DNA of 64,000 bases. Origin: Chloroflexota bacterium (GTDB lineage Bacteria; Chloroflexota; Dehalococcoidia; Lucifugimonadales; GCA-002723415). The stretch spans positions 12,988-76,987 of the forward strand of contig PBKN01000014.1 of NCBI GenBank assembly GCA_002721445.1, read 5' to 3'. This document shows, piece after piece, positions 18,226-28,445 of the stretch. The position numbers and the translations under genes are program-made. The notes beneath the pieces were generated by a model. The model worked only from the letters and a program-made list of their open reading frames with translations, made no database searches and was not told the DNA's origin. The stretch's first letter is position 1. Every line of letters begins with the position of its first letter.

Positions 18226-19107
18226 ATGAATAGTAAAATAAATTGGCATACTACATTTTTAGAAATATTTGAAGAATTAAATCATATTGTTAAAAATATG
18301 TATTTAAAAAATGAAGGAAAAATTATCCTTGGAGATGTTGTCGGAAGAAATATTAAAGATGACCAGTTTTTAAAAATAGACGAAGTATGCCAAAATCATA
18401 TTATTGATTCATTAAAAAATATAGGAAAACCTATAAAGATATACTCTGAACATGGTGAGTTTTCTACCAATCAATCTAAAGATGAAGAATCCCCGTATAT
18501 TATTGCTCTTGATCCATTTGATGGGACTTCATTATATAAAAACAATATCCCTGGTGAATGGTGGTCAGTATTAACAATATTTAAATCTAACTCCTATAAA
18601 CCTATTGCTGCTGCTGCTTTTGATTTTATTAGAGAAGAATTCTATTTTTCTGATAATGAAATTTTTTCATACTACAACATAAATACAAAAAAAGTTATCC
18701 CTAATAAAATCAAAAGAAAAGTAGATTTAAATTCAGGAATAGTTATTGCAACTTACACAATGACTACAGGATATTCAATCCTTTGGAGTAAAAATACTAA
18801 AAACCTTATTAATTCATTACACCAACTTAAAAATCCGCCTTTAATTTGGCCAAACGGAGGTTCATGTATATATCCTTGGCTAGAAAGAGGAATAATTGAT
18901 GCGTATTTAATGTTCGATGAACCTAGAACAGAGATTGATCCTGGATTAGGATTTACTACAAAAAAGGATTTTACAACATTAGAATTTAATAAAAACAAAG
19001 AAATATCGATATATTCATTCAACCCTGAAAATAGACATGAAAAAATAAATTGTTACATAGCTTCAAACAACTATAAACTTGCTGAACAAATAATACAACT
19101 AATATGA
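18226..19107 (+). CDS. inositol monophosphatase / FBPase-family phosphatase-like protein
   Basis: 293 aa. ALDPFDGTS matches the DP-x-DGT metal-binding motif. The remainder is only loosely IMPase-like. Confidence 0.5.
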   Translation: MNSKINWHTTFLEIFEELNHIVKNMYLKNEGKIILGDVVGRNIKDDQFLKIDEVCQNHIIDSLKNIGKPIKIYSEHGEFSTNQSKDEESPYIIALDPFDGTSLYKNNIPGEWWSVLTIFKSNSYKPIAAAAFDFIREEFYFSDNEIFSYYNINTKKVIPNKIKRKVDLNSGIVIATYTMTTGYSILWSKNTKNLINSLHQLKNPPLIWPNGGSCIYPWLERGIIDAYLMFDEPRTEIDPGLGFTTKKDFTTLEFNKNKEISIYSFNPENRHEKINCYIASNNYKLAEQIIQLI

Positions 19108-19144
19108 TCTAAATTTAAAAATTAATAGACTATGAGATTCTAAC

Positions 19145-19816
19145 TTGAAACAAACTGAATGCGTAACAATTGATGGGCCAGTAGCCTCTGGTAAAACTAC
19201 TATCGGAAAAGAGTTGGCTAAAAGAATAAAATACCACTTTTTAGATACTGGTATTATGTACAGAGCAGTAACTTATTTGGCTTTAAAAAAACAAATAAAT
19301 CCAAATAATGAAGATTTACTTATGCAATCTATTAAAAATCTAAATTTTATATTTATCCCCAATTCAACTGAATATGAAATAAATTTAGATAATAAAACAA
19401 TTACTCAACATCTTAAAAATCCTGAAATAGAAAAACATGTATCCACAATAGCAACTAATTCATTGGTGAGATCAGAATTAGTTAAAATACAAAGAGAAAT
19501 AGCATTTTCTAATCATATAGTAATGGTTGGTCGTGATATAGGAACCATAGTAATTCCTAATGCAAAAAATAAATTTTTTTTACTTGCTTCATCTCAAACA
19601 AGAGCACAAAGAAGATACAAAGATTTTAAAAAACAAGGTATAAATTTATCTTTAGAACTAGTTAAATCAGAAATAGAAAACCGTGATAAAATAGATACTC
19701 AAAGAAAAGAATCCCCTTTAGAACCTGCTCATGATTCGATACAAATTAATAGTGACGATATGAATATAGATGAAGTTATTGAACTAATGCTTAATAATAT
19801 CGAGAAAAATAAATGA
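19145..19816 (+). CDS. cmk: cytidylate kinase
   Basis: 223 aa with a TTG start. Has the P-loop IDGPVASGKTT, DTGIMYRA and GRDIGTIV. Confidence 0.9.
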   Translation: MKQTECVTIDGPVASGKTTIGKELAKRIKYHFLDTGIMYRAVTYLALKKQINPNNEDLLMQSIKNLNFIFIPNSTEYEINLDNKTITQHLKNPEIEKHVSTIATNSLVRSELVKIQREIAFSNHIVMVGRDIGTIVIPNAKNKFFLLASSQTRAQRRYKDFKKQGINLSLELVKSEIENRDKIDTQRKESPLEPAHDSIQINSDDMNIDEVIELMLNNIEKNK

Positions 19817-20529
19817 ATAGATTTTTATTAAGAAAAATATGTAATTCAGCACAACGAGTTACTTTGTCATTATTTTCAAATTGGAATATATATGGAGCTG
19901 AAAACATCCCTGCTAGTGGGTCAATCATTGTGATATCTAACCATTTAAGTAATATAGATCCTTCAATTATAAGTGCTAGTCTACCTAGGCCTATATGGTT
20001 TTTAGCTAAGTCTTCACTTTTTAAAAACCCTATAGCAAGAGTGTTCTTAAATTTATATGGAGCTTTCCCGGTCAACAGATCAACTTCTGACATTTCAGCA
20101 ATTCAATGGATTCTGGATAGACTTAAAGAAGATCAAGCTGTAGTAATATTCCCTGAAGGCAAAAGAAACTATAATGGATTGCAAAAAGCAGATAATAGTT
20201 TCGCTAAATTAGCTATTAAATCAAATACATATATCCTCCCTATTGGCATAACAGGAACTGAAAATATGCAATATGTAACTAGAGTTTTTAACCCAACTGG
20301 TAAAATAACTATCAAATTTGGTAAGCCATTTAAAATTATATCCAAAAATGAGAAAATTACTAAAGAAAACATGAACTCAATCAATGAATCTATTATGATG
20401 GAAATTGCTCAACTCTTACCACCAAAATACCAAGGTATATATAAAGATAAATCGTATAAAGAAAAATTATCAAAAAATAAAATTTTTCAATACTACCGTA
20501 AGGATATGGAAAAATTATGTGTGGAATAA
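19813..20529 (+). CDS. plsC: 1-acyl-sn-glycerol-3-phosphate acyltransferase
   Basis: 238 aa. Has NHLSNIDP (H-x4-D) and FPEGKR motifs. The ATGA overlap with cmk suggests translational coupling. Confidence 0.85.
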   Translation: MNRFLLRKICNSAQRVTLSLFSNWNIYGAENIPASGSIIVISNHLSNIDPSIISASLPRPIWFLAKSSLFKNPIARVFLNLYGAFPVNRSTSDISAIQWILDRLKEDQAVVIFPEGKRNYNGLQKADNSFAKLAIKSNTYILPIGITGTENMQYVTRVFNPTGKITIKFGKPFKIISKNEKITKENMNSINESIMMEIAQLLPPKYQGIYKDKSYKEKLSKNKIFQYYRKDMEKLCVE

Positions 20530-22361
20530 TTGGATACGTAGGAAATAATTATGCCCCTGAAATATTAACTAATTCCTTGAAAAAGCTTGAATACAGAGGA
20601 TATGACAGTACAGGAGTTGCTTTATTAGACACCAACGCAAAATTAACTATTCAAAAGTCTTCAGGTACTGTTAATAATTTAAAAAAAAATTTAGAGAAAT
20701 ATGATGTTGACAGCAAAATAGGTATAGGGCATACAAGATGGGCAACACATGGAGAACCGAATAATATTAATGCTCACCCTCACACTGACTGTACTAAAAA
20801 AATCAGTATTGTTCATAATGGCATCATAGAAAATCATCAGGAAATTCGTAATTCATTAGAAAAATTAGGACATAAATTCTTGTCTCAAACTGATAGTGAA
20901 TGCATATCACATTTAATAGAAAACTATTTAGACAATAATGATGATATTGAAAAAGCAATAATAAAAACTGCAAATAAAATTAAGGGAGCAAATGTTGTAT
21001 TAGTTATATCTAACAAACATCCAAATAAAATATTTTGTTTTCGGATTGGTAGTGCTGGTGGCTTAATAATAGCTCATGGTAATGATGAAATGCTTGTATC
21101 AAGTGATATTCCTGCAATTATCCCTTACGCATCAAACATAACTTATTTATCAAGTAATGAAATAGCAATTATTTCATCAAAAAAAGTTGAATACAAAAAC
21201 ATTGACGGAATAAGTATATCTAAAAAAACTACTACTTTAGAATTAAATGAAGAATCTATATCTAAAGGTGAATTTAAGCATTTTATGCTAAAAGAAATTC
21301 ATGATCAGCCACAATCAATGACAGACGCAATAGGTTCTAGAGTTTCATTTATTGATAATAAAATTAAATTTGAAAAATTTCCATTTACGGACGATGAAAT
21401 CAAACAATTTTCAAAAATAATATTGATTGGTATGGGAACTAGCTTGCATGCCTGCATGGTAGCAAAAAGCTGGTTCGAATCAATAACAAAAATCCCGACT
21501 GAAGTAGATAACTCATCGGAATTTAGATATAGAGATCTTATATTAAATGAAAATCATCTTATAATATCTATCTCTCAATCTGGAGAAACTGCAGATACAA
21601 TTGCAGCAATGGAAAAATTCAGGCCATTGAATCCGAAACAGATCACATTATCAAATTCTCCTAAAGCACAAACTAGTCAAATTGCTGATTATACAATTGA
21701 TATAAGAGCTGGAATCGAAATTGGAGTAGCTTCGACCAAAACTTTTATGTGCTCATTGACTACTTTATATTTATTATCATTATTTATGGCAGAAAAAAGA
21801 AACTCTTTAACAAAAGCAAAAATGAATGCAAAATTATCAGAATTAGCAAAACTACCTGGAATTATTAGTAATATGCTAGATAATCAAAAACAATATAAAA
21901 TTATTGCAAATAAATATTATAACTATTCTAATTTCTTATATCTTGGACGTGGATTAAATTATCCATTAGCTATGGAAGGTGCATTAAAATTAAAAGAAAT
22001 CAGCTATATACATGCTGAAGGATATCCTGCAGGAGAAATGAAACATGGCCCTATAGCATTAATCGATCAAAATATGCCTGTTGTAATTTTAATACCTAAA
22101 GATAAAATGTTAGATAAAATGTTAATCAACCTTAATGAAGTTAAAGCTAGAAAAGGCACAATAATAGCTATTGCTACTGAAAATGAAAATTATATAAACA
22201 ATTTAGCAAAAGATATTATATTCATACCTAAAACATCTGATGATTTAACTCCAATTATAATGTCTATACCTATGCAATTTATTTCGTATTATATAGCTTT
22301 AAATAAAGAATGTAATATAGACATGCCTAGAAATCTAGCTAAATCAGTTACTGTGGAATGA
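20517..22361 (+). CDS. glmS: glutamine--fructose-6-phosphate aminotransferase
   Basis: 614 aa. Has the N-terminal nucleophile MCGIIGY, two SIS domains and the C-terminal SVTVE. Overlaps plsC by 13 nt. Confidence 0.97.
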   Translation: MCGIIGYVGNNYAPEILTNSLKKLEYRGYDSTGVALLDTNAKLTIQKSSGTVNNLKKNLEKYDVDSKIGIGHTRWATHGEPNNINAHPHTDCTKKISIVHNGIIENHQEIRNSLEKLGHKFLSQTDSECISHLIENYLDNNDDIEKAIIKTANKIKGANVVLVISNKHPNKIFCFRIGSAGGLIIAHGNDEMLVSSDIPAIIPYASNITYLSSNEIAIISSKKVEYKNIDGISISKKTTTLELNEESISKGEFKHFMLKEIHDQPQSMTDAIGSRVSFIDNKIKFEKFPFTDDEIKQFSKIILIGMGTSLHACMVAKSWFESITKIPTEVDNSSEFRYRDLILNENHLIISISQSGETADTIAAMEKFRPLNPKQITLSNSPKAQTSQIADYTIDIRAGIEIGVASTKTFMCSLTTLYLLSLFMAEKRNSLTKAKMNAKLSELAKLPGIISNMLDNQKQYKIIANKYYNYSNFLYLGRGLNYPLAMEGALKLKEISYIHAEGYPAGEMKHGPIALIDQNMPVVILIPKDKMLDKMLINLNEVKARKGTIIAIATENENYINNLAKDIIFIPKTSDDLTPIIMSIPMQFISYYIALNKECNIDMPRNLAKSVTVE

Positions 22362-22426
22362 GTTTGAGTGCAGGTTTGAAAAATAAATTTAATACTAAAC
22401 TTTTTTTCAGAAGGTGCACTCAAACT
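22361..22426. repeat. long imperfect palindrome / hairpin immediately after the glmS stop
   Basis: AGTTTGAGTGCA (22361-22372) is the perfect reverse complement of TGCACTCAAACT (22415-22426). The inner TTTGAAAAA can pair with TTTTTCA(G)AA. The element is GC-richer than its surroundings. Confidence 0.6.
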
Positions 22427-22486
22427 GAATCAGTCACGGTAGAGTGATTTCAACTGATAAAATAACTCTAGTAGAGCGAGAAGATT

Positions 22487-23878
22487 ATGTCCTTTTTAAA
22501 GAGACGTTGGTATAGAGAAAATGGATATAAACAAGTTCTTATAGTTGCATTCCCTCTCATTTTAAGTACTGGATCATGGTCTATCCAACAATTCGTGGAT
22601 AGAATGTACCTATCATGGTATTCACCCGATGCTTTGGCAGCCGCCGTGCCTACAGGGATCCTCAGTTTTACTATAGTCTCTTTTTTTCTTGGCACCTCCG
22701 GCTATGCCAGCACTTTTGTTGCCCAATATACTGGAGCCGGAAAATCCGAAAGGATAGGCCCTGCAATGTGGCAAGGAATTTATTTTGCAATTATAGGCGG
22801 TCTCGTAGTCGCATCAACTTTCTTTCTTGCCGATCCAATTTTTGATGCTGTTGGTCATGAGCCAGCAGTTAAAGCACTTGAAAAAGAATATTGGAAATAT
22901 CTGGCAATAGGAGGGTTTTTACCAATCGGTAAAGCAGCCGTATCATCATTCTTTAGTGGCAGGGGTCAAACATATCCCATCATGTGGTCAAGCCTAGCAG
23001 GTATGTCAATCAACGTAGTTTTAAATTATATATTAATTTTTGGAAAATTAGGTTTACCTGAAATGGGAATAGGCGGAGCCGGGCTAGCTACTATCATATC
23101 AGAACTAATTAGCTTCATTATACTTCTCTACTTGGCTCTTTCAGGAAAAAATAACGTTAAATTTAAAACAATTTCTGGGTACCATTTTGATAAACTATTA
23201 TTTTCCAGACTAATAAAATTTGGTATGCCGAACGGCATCCAGTTTTTTCTGGATATAGCTGCTTTTTCAATTTTTATTCTGCTTATTGGTAGGCTTGGCA
23301 CTCCAGAATTAGCAGCTTCAAATATAGCTTTAAATATTAGCATGCTCTCCTTCATGCCTATGCTAGGGATGGGAATTACCGTGTCAATATTGGTCGGGCA
23401 ATCATTGGGTGGGAATAGACCAGACATGGCGAAAAGAGCTACCTTCTCCGCACTACAAATGGCATTTGTATATATGGGCAGCATTGCTTGCTTGTATATA
23501 ATTGTGCCACAATTATTTATATATCCATTTTCAGCCAATGCAGATCTTGTTGAATTTCAAGAAATTAAAATCCACGCTATAACAGTTTTGAAATTTATTG
23601 CAGCATGGACTATCTTTGACTCCATAACGATAGTGATATCGTCAGCACTAAAAGGAGCAGGAGACACAAAATTTATTATGTTAGCAATAATCGGATTATC
23701 AATCACTTTTTTGATACTACCAACTTATATAGCTTTAGAAATATTTGATTTAGGTTTAAAAACTGCATGGTCAATAGGATCGGCTTATATAATCAGCCTG
23801 ACTCTTGTATTCATACTCAGATATAAAACTGGAAAATGGACATCAATGAGAGTAATAGAACATTCTAATCATTTTTAA
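22487..23878 (+). CDS. MATE-family efflux transporter
   Basis: 463 aa with 12 predicted helices. The N-terminal LILSTGSWSIQQFVDRMYL and the overall layout are typical of NorM/MATE. Confidence 0.85.
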   Translation: MSFLKRRWYRENGYKQVLIVAFPLILSTGSWSIQQFVDRMYLSWYSPDALAAAVPTGILSFTIVSFFLGTSGYASTFVAQYTGAGKSERIGPAMWQGIYFAIIGGLVVASTFFLADPIFDAVGHEPAVKALEKEYWKYLAIGGFLPIGKAAVSSFFSGRGQTYPIMWSSLAGMSINVVLNYILIFGKLGLPEMGIGGAGLATIISELISFIILLYLALSGKNNVKFKTISGYHFDKLLFSRLIKFGMPNGIQFFLDIAAFSIFILLIGRLGTPELAASNIALNISMLSFMPMLGMGITVSILVGQSLGGNRPDMAKRATFSALQMAFVYMGSIACLYIIVPQLFIYPFSANADLVEFQEIKIHAITVLKFIAAWTIFDSITIVISSALKGAGDTKFIMLAIIGLSITFLILPTYIALEIFDLGLKTAWSIGSAYIISLTLVFILRYKTGKWTSMRVIEHSNHF

Positions 23879-23987
23879 TAACCTGAGAAATTTTCCATTA
23901 TTGATATTTACACTTTAGATTAGAAATGATAAGTTAATTGCCTATTTAAAAAACTCAAAACATAGTATCAAAAAGGTTGTAAAAATT

Positions 23988-24935
23988 ATGCAATATAGAA
24001 AATTAGGAAATTCAGGATTAGATATATCTACTGTAGGTATTGGTACAAATAATTTCGGAAGAAGAATGGACCTAAATGCAACACAGAAAGTAATACATAA
24101 AGCTATAGATTTAGGCATTAATTTTTTCGACACCTCAAATACTTATGGAAATCAATTGTCTGAAGAATATATAGGTAAAACAATCACTAAAGATATAAGA
24201 AGAAATATCATAATAGCAACAAAATTTGGTATGGATATGGGTGGTATTCCAAATAACATTGGTGCATCCAGAAAACATATATTAGAACAAGTAGACGACA
24301 GTCTAAAAAGACTTAACTCAGATTATATAGATTTATACCAGATTCATGTCCCTGATCCTCATACACCTATACTAGAAACTCTTACAACTCTTAATGATTT
24401 AGTAAGAAGTGGAAAAGTAAGATATATTGGATGCAGTAATTTTGCAGGATGGCAAATAGCTCAAGCAATGGAGACATCAAGAAAAGAATCTTTAGAAGCA
24501 TTTGTATCAAACCAACCTGAATACAGCATGTTAAATAGAAGCATAGAAACTGAAATACTCCCAGCTTGCGAAAATTATAAATTAGGCATACTACCCTTTT
24601 TCCCTTTAGCTAATGGTTTTTTAACTGGTAAGTATAAAAGAAATCAACCTCCTCCATCAGGTACAAGATTATCTGAAAGCGCTGAAAGTGCAAATACTTA
24701 TTTTACTTCTAAGAATTTTGATATTATTGAAAAACTAGAACAGCTTGCTAATGACGCAAACCATACTGTTACAGAATTAGCAATTTCTTGGTTGTTAAGT
24801 AATAATAATGTTAGCTCTGTTATATCTGGAGCAACTAAAACTAGCCAATTAGAAATTAATGCAAAGGCTGCTGACTGGGATCTTGAAACTGATGTACTTG
24901 ATGAAATAGAAATCATATTAAATAGTAAAGGTTAA
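23988..24935 (+). CDS. aldo/keto reductase
   Basis: 315 aa. MQYRKLGNSGLDIS, GINFFDTSNTYG and YIDLYQIH are AKR family signatures. Confidence 0.9.
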   Translation: MQYRKLGNSGLDISTVGIGTNNFGRRMDLNATQKVIHKAIDLGINFFDTSNTYGNQLSEEYIGKTITKDIRRNIIIATKFGMDMGGIPNNIGASRKHILEQVDDSLKRLNSDYIDLYQIHVPDPHTPILETLTTLNDLVRSGKVRYIGCSNFAGWQIAQAMETSRKESLEAFVSNQPEYSMLNRSIETEILPACENYKLGILPFFPLANGFLTGKYKRNQPPPSGTRLSESAESANTYFTSKNFDIIEKLEQLANDANHTVTELAISWLLSNNNVSSVISGATKTSQLEINAKAADWDLETDVLDEIEIILNSKG

Positions 24936-24945
24936 AAATCAAACA

Positions 24946-25860
24946 ATGAATGATCAAGATTCTGAAGCTCCATTATCACTTTACCAGGCCGCAAGAAATA
25001 TGGGAGTTAAATTTACTAAAGAAAATTCTCCAACAGACAAATACATAGATGTTAATAATTTAAAAATTCATTACCTAGAATGGGGTGACATCCAAAATCC
25101 AACAATAATATTAGTCCATGGTATAGCACAAACTTGTCATTCTTGGGATTTTATTGCATTAGGATTATCTGAAAAATACAGAGTGATAGCTTTAGATCTT
25201 AGAGGACATGGAGATAGCGATTGGTCATCAGATAATAATTATACTCTTGAAGCATATTCAGATGACTTACATAAAATAATTGAAAAATTAAATATTACTA
25301 ATTTTATTATTATTGGATTATCAATTGGAGGCAAAACATCCTTCACTTATGCATCAAAACATACTGATAAAATACGTGCATTGATTATTGTTGATGCAGC
25401 ACCTGAAAATATGCAAGCTGGATATAAAAACATGTCTAAATTCATGAAACAAAAAGATGAACTAGATTCTATAGATGAATTTATAGATAGAATTTTAAAA
25501 TATAACCCTAGGCGAACTAGACAGCAAGCTAGAGGCAGTATAATCCATAACATTAAACAGCTAAAGAATGGCAAATGGACATGGAAGTATGACAGCTTTT
25601 TCAGATCCCCTCAAAGAGTTGTTCAAAACCCCGATCAAACTGCAAAAACACTATGGAATAGACTTGAAAATGTTACTTGCCCTGCATTAATTGTTAGGGG
25701 AGCCCAAAGTGATTTAGTAGCAGGTGAAATTACTGAAAAAATGGCTTTAAGAATGAATAACGCTACTCTTGTTACTGTTGAAAATGCTGGGCACTTAGTT
25801 CCAGGAGATAACCCTGCAGGATTCCAAATAGCTATAAATAATTTTTTAAATCAATTATAA
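24946..25860 (+). CDS. alpha/beta-fold hydrolase
   Basis: 304 aa. Has the HG oxyanion motif (LVHGIAQ), the nucleophile elbow GLSIGG and a C-terminal GH (NAGHLVP). Confidence 0.8.
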   Translation: MNDQDSEAPLSLYQAARNMGVKFTKENSPTDKYIDVNNLKIHYLEWGDIQNPTIILVHGIAQTCHSWDFIALGLSEKYRVIALDLRGHGDSDWSSDNNYTLEAYSDDLHKIIEKLNITNFIIIGLSIGGKTSFTYASKHTDKIRALIIVDAAPENMQAGYKNMSKFMKQKDELDSIDEFIDRILKYNPRRTRQQARGSIIHNIKQLKNGKWTWKYDSFFRSPQRVVQNPDQTAKTLWNRLENVTCPALIVRGAQSDLVAGEITEKMALRMNNATLVTVENAGHLVPGDNPAGFQIAINNFLNQL

Positions 25861-25877
25861 ATAACTATGCAATATAA

Positions 25878-25906
25878 TTGATAGATTCTCCATACCATGA
25901 TAAAAT
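25878..25906 (+). promoter_or_regulatory. sigma-70-type promoter candidate for rpsO-pnp
   Basis: TTGATA (25878-25883), a 17-nt spacer, then TAAAAT (25901-25906). The -10 ends 33 nt upstream of the rpsO start. Confidence 0.5.
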
Positions 25907-25939
25907 TTAAGTGAAATATAAATAAAACAGGAGATTTGG

Positions 25940-26203
25940 TTGGTAGAAGAATCAAAAAGTAGCATTATAGAAGATAACAAATTGCATGATACCGATACTG
26001 GTTCATCAGTAGTTCAAATAGCTTTACTTACGTCAAAAATAAATCAGTTAACTACACATCTGAGATTCCACAAACATGATCAAAGTACAAAACGTGGACT
26101 TCTTAAAATGGTTGGCAAAAGAAGAAGATTATTAAATTATCTAGATCGTCAAGATCGTTCCCAATATAGATCTCTAATAAGTAAGCTTGGATTAAGAAGA
26201 TAG
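25940..26203 (+). CDS. rpsO: 30S ribosomal protein S15
   Basis: 87 aa with a TTG start preceded by [34 protein letters not shown] is the S15 signature. Confidence 0.95.
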   Translation: MVEESKSSIIEDNKLHDTDTGSSVVQIALLTSKINQLTTHLRFHKHDQSTKRGLLKMVGKRRRLLNYLDRQDRSQYRSLISKLGLRR

Positions 26204-26254
26204 TATATTGTAAATAATACTATTTAATTTAATCCATGTAGGAGGTCTCCCCTA

Positions 26255-28348
26255 ATGGGTTTAGAAGAAGTAAGTATAAACATTAATGATCAAACTCTAA
26301 AGCTTGAAACAGGAAAACTAGCTAAGCAAGCAGATGGATCCGTAACTGTTCAATATGGAGATAATATAATATTATCTACTGCAGCAATGAGCGACCCCAG
26401 AGAAGGTATAGATTTTTTTCCTCTTTCTGTTGAATTTGAAGAAAGAATGTATGCTAGAGGAAAGATCCCTGGAAGTTTTTTCAAAAGAGAAGGACGCCCT
26501 AGTACACCAGCTATATTGATAGCAAGAATGACTGATCGTAGTATAAGACCATTGTTTCCAAAAGGATTCAATAATGAAGTTCAAGTAATTTCAACAACTC
26601 TTTCTTCAGATCAATCAAATACGTTTGATGTAATATCTATTATTGGTGCTTCAGTAGCCTTGTCTATATCTGATATTCCATTCGAAGGCCCAATATCAGC
26701 AACGCGAATTGGTTATAATAATAATCAATATATTGTAAACCCAACTTATAGTGAAATGGATGAATCTTCATTAGATCTTCTTATAGTTGGTAGCAAATCT
26801 GGTGTTGTAATGATAGAGTGTGGATCTAATGAAGTAGATGAAGAAATAGTAATTGAAGCAATTAAATTAGCACAAGAAACTAACAACAAAATAATTGAAT
26901 TACAAGAAGAGTTCATTAAAAAAGTTGGAAAAGCTAAAATAGATTTTAATACTGAGAAATATCCTGAAGAATTAAAAAACACAATTGAATCAAAAATCTC
27001 AAAAGATATAAATAATTTGCTAACATCTTCTCTAGGGAAATCTGAACTAGAAGACTCTCTTGATAATCTGAAAAAATCTCTTAAAGAAGAACTTAATGAA
27101 GAATATGAAGAAAACCATATTAAAGAAGTATTCGAAATTGTATTAGAAGAAGAATTTAAATCTATTGTATTAAGCGGAGGAAACAGGCCAGATGGACGCA
27201 CTCCAAAGGAAATAAGACCTTTATCATCTGAAATAAGTCTTTTACCTAGAACTCATGGTAGTGGCCTTTTCACTAGAGGTGAAACACAAGTTCTATCAGT
27301 TGCTACTTTAGGATCATTAGGTGATGCTCAAAGACTTGATACTTTAAATCCTGAAGATCAAAAAAGATTCATGTTGCATTATAACTTCCCTCCATATTCT
27401 GTAGGAGAAACAGGAAGAGTTGGATCTCCAGGAAGAAGAGAAATTGGGCATGGAGCATTAGCAGAAAAAGCTTTAGCACCAGTAATACCTAATGATAAAG
27501 ATTTTCCTTATACTATTCGGTTAGTTGCTGAATGCTTAGGGTCAAATGGTAGTACATCAATGGCTACAGTTTGTTCAGGTACTTTAGCTCTTATGGATGC
27601 AGGAATCCCAATAAAAACTCCAATTGCAGGTATATCTATTGGATTAATAACGAACGATAAAGATGAATATCTAACAATTACTGATATACAAGGACTTGAA
27701 GATCATATAGGAGATATGGATTTTAAAGTAGCTGGATCGAATAATGGAATTACTGCAATTCAATTAGATATTAAAGTTAAAAGTATAAATTTTGAAATGA
27801 TAAAAGATGCATTATATCAAGCTAAAGATGCTAGATTAGAAATATTAGAATTGATTAACCAAACTATTGAAAATCCAAGAGAAGACCTTAGCCCATATGC
27901 TCCTAGGATAACTAAAATAACTATACCTAAAGATAAAATCGGAATTGTAATTGGCCCTGGAGGTAAAACTATCCGTGGTATAGTAGAACAAACTGAAGCA
28001 ACAGTAGATATTGAAGATGATGGGACAATTAGCATTGGATCTTCTGATGCCAATGCAGCTGAATCAGCAATAAATATTATTAGAGGACTAACAAAAGACG
28101 TAGAAGTTGGAGACAAATATACTGGTAAAGTTGTTAAAATAACTAATTTTGGTGCATTCATAGAAATACTTCCTGGTAAAGATGGATTAGTACATATAAG
28201 TGAATTAGCTAATTACCATGTAAAAGAAGTCGAAGATGAAATTAAATTAGGTGAGAAAGTAGACGTATTGGTAAAAGCTATAGATAATATGGGTAGAATA
28301 AATTTATCTAGAAAAGCTTTATTAGACGACTCTGATACTGAAAATTAA
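26255..28348 (+). CDS. pnp: polyribonucleotide nucleotidyltransferase (PNPase)
   Basis: 697 aa with two RNase PH domains (NFPPYSVGE), then KH and S1 domains. GGAGG lies upstream. The rpsO-pnp synteny is conserved. Confidence 0.97.
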   Translation: MGLEEVSININDQTLKLETGKLAKQADGSVTVQYGDNIILSTAAMSDPREGIDFFPLSVEFEERMYARGKIPGSFFKREGRPSTPAILIARMTDRSIRPLFPKGFNNEVQVISTTLSSDQSNTFDVISIIGASVALSISDIPFEGPISATRIGYNNNQYIVNPTYSEMDESSLDLLIVGSKSGVVMIECGSNEVDEEIVIEAIKLAQETNNKIIELQEEFIKKVGKAKIDFNTEKYPEELKNTIESKISKDINNLLTSSLGKSELEDSLDNLKKSLKEELNEEYEENHIKEVFEIVLEEEFKSIVLSGGNRPDGRTPKEIRPLSSEISLLPRTHGSGLFTRGETQVLSVATLGSLGDAQRLDTLNPEDQKRFMLHYNFPPYSVGETGRVGSPGRREIGHGALAEKALAPVIPNDKDFPYTIRLVAECLGSNGSTSMATVCSGTLALMDAGIPIKTPIAGISIGLITNDKDEYLTITDIQGLEDHIGDMDFKVAGSNNGITAIQLDIKVKSINFEMIKDALYQAKDARLEILELINQTIENPREDLSPYAPRITKITIPKDKIGIVIGPGGKTIRGIVEQTEATVDIEDDGTISIGSSDANAAESAINIIRGLTKDVEVGDKYTGKVVKITNFGAFIEILPGKDGLVHISELANYHVKEVEDEIKLGEKVDVLVKAIDNMGRINLSRKALLDDSDTEN

Positions 28349-28445
28349 TATAAATCGATTCATATTGTTGACTCGAAGCTAAAATAATTATTTATATAAA
28401 GTTATATAATACACTTTATGTATAAATGCTTAGAGAGGGCTTTCT

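Noticed and set aside
20400-20530. A glmS ribozyme upstream of glmS.
   Set aside because: The glmS start overlaps the plsC coding region by 13 nt, so there is no untranslated leader to hold a ribozyme.
22427-22486. A guanidine (mini-ykkC or ykkC) riboswitch upstream of the MATE transporter, suggested by an ACGG-containing hairpin loop.
   Set aside because: There is only one hairpin, with a 6-nt ACGGTA loop and mismatches. The mini-ykkC architecture needs two ACGR tetraloop hairpins with GC-rich closing pairs. The ykkC core motifs are absent and the leader is too short.
26204-26254. An RNase III-type regulatory hairpin between rpsO and pnp, as in E. coli.
   Set aside because: Only a 5-bp AT-rich stem is present (AGTAT ... 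ATACT). This is too weak to call.
26746-27201. A 151-aa antisense ORF inside pnp.
   Set aside because: It is a Ser-rich mirror of the Glu/Lys-rich linker of PNPase (the reverse complement of GAA/AAA-rich codons). It has no start context and is an artefact of composition.
28349-28445. A lysine riboswitch (L-box) ahead of dapB-asd-dapA.
   Set aside because: The spacer is only 97 nt and AT-rich. It lacks the multi-helix junction or conserved L-box segments. Only a weak TTGACT-N17-TTTATA promoter-like match is visible.
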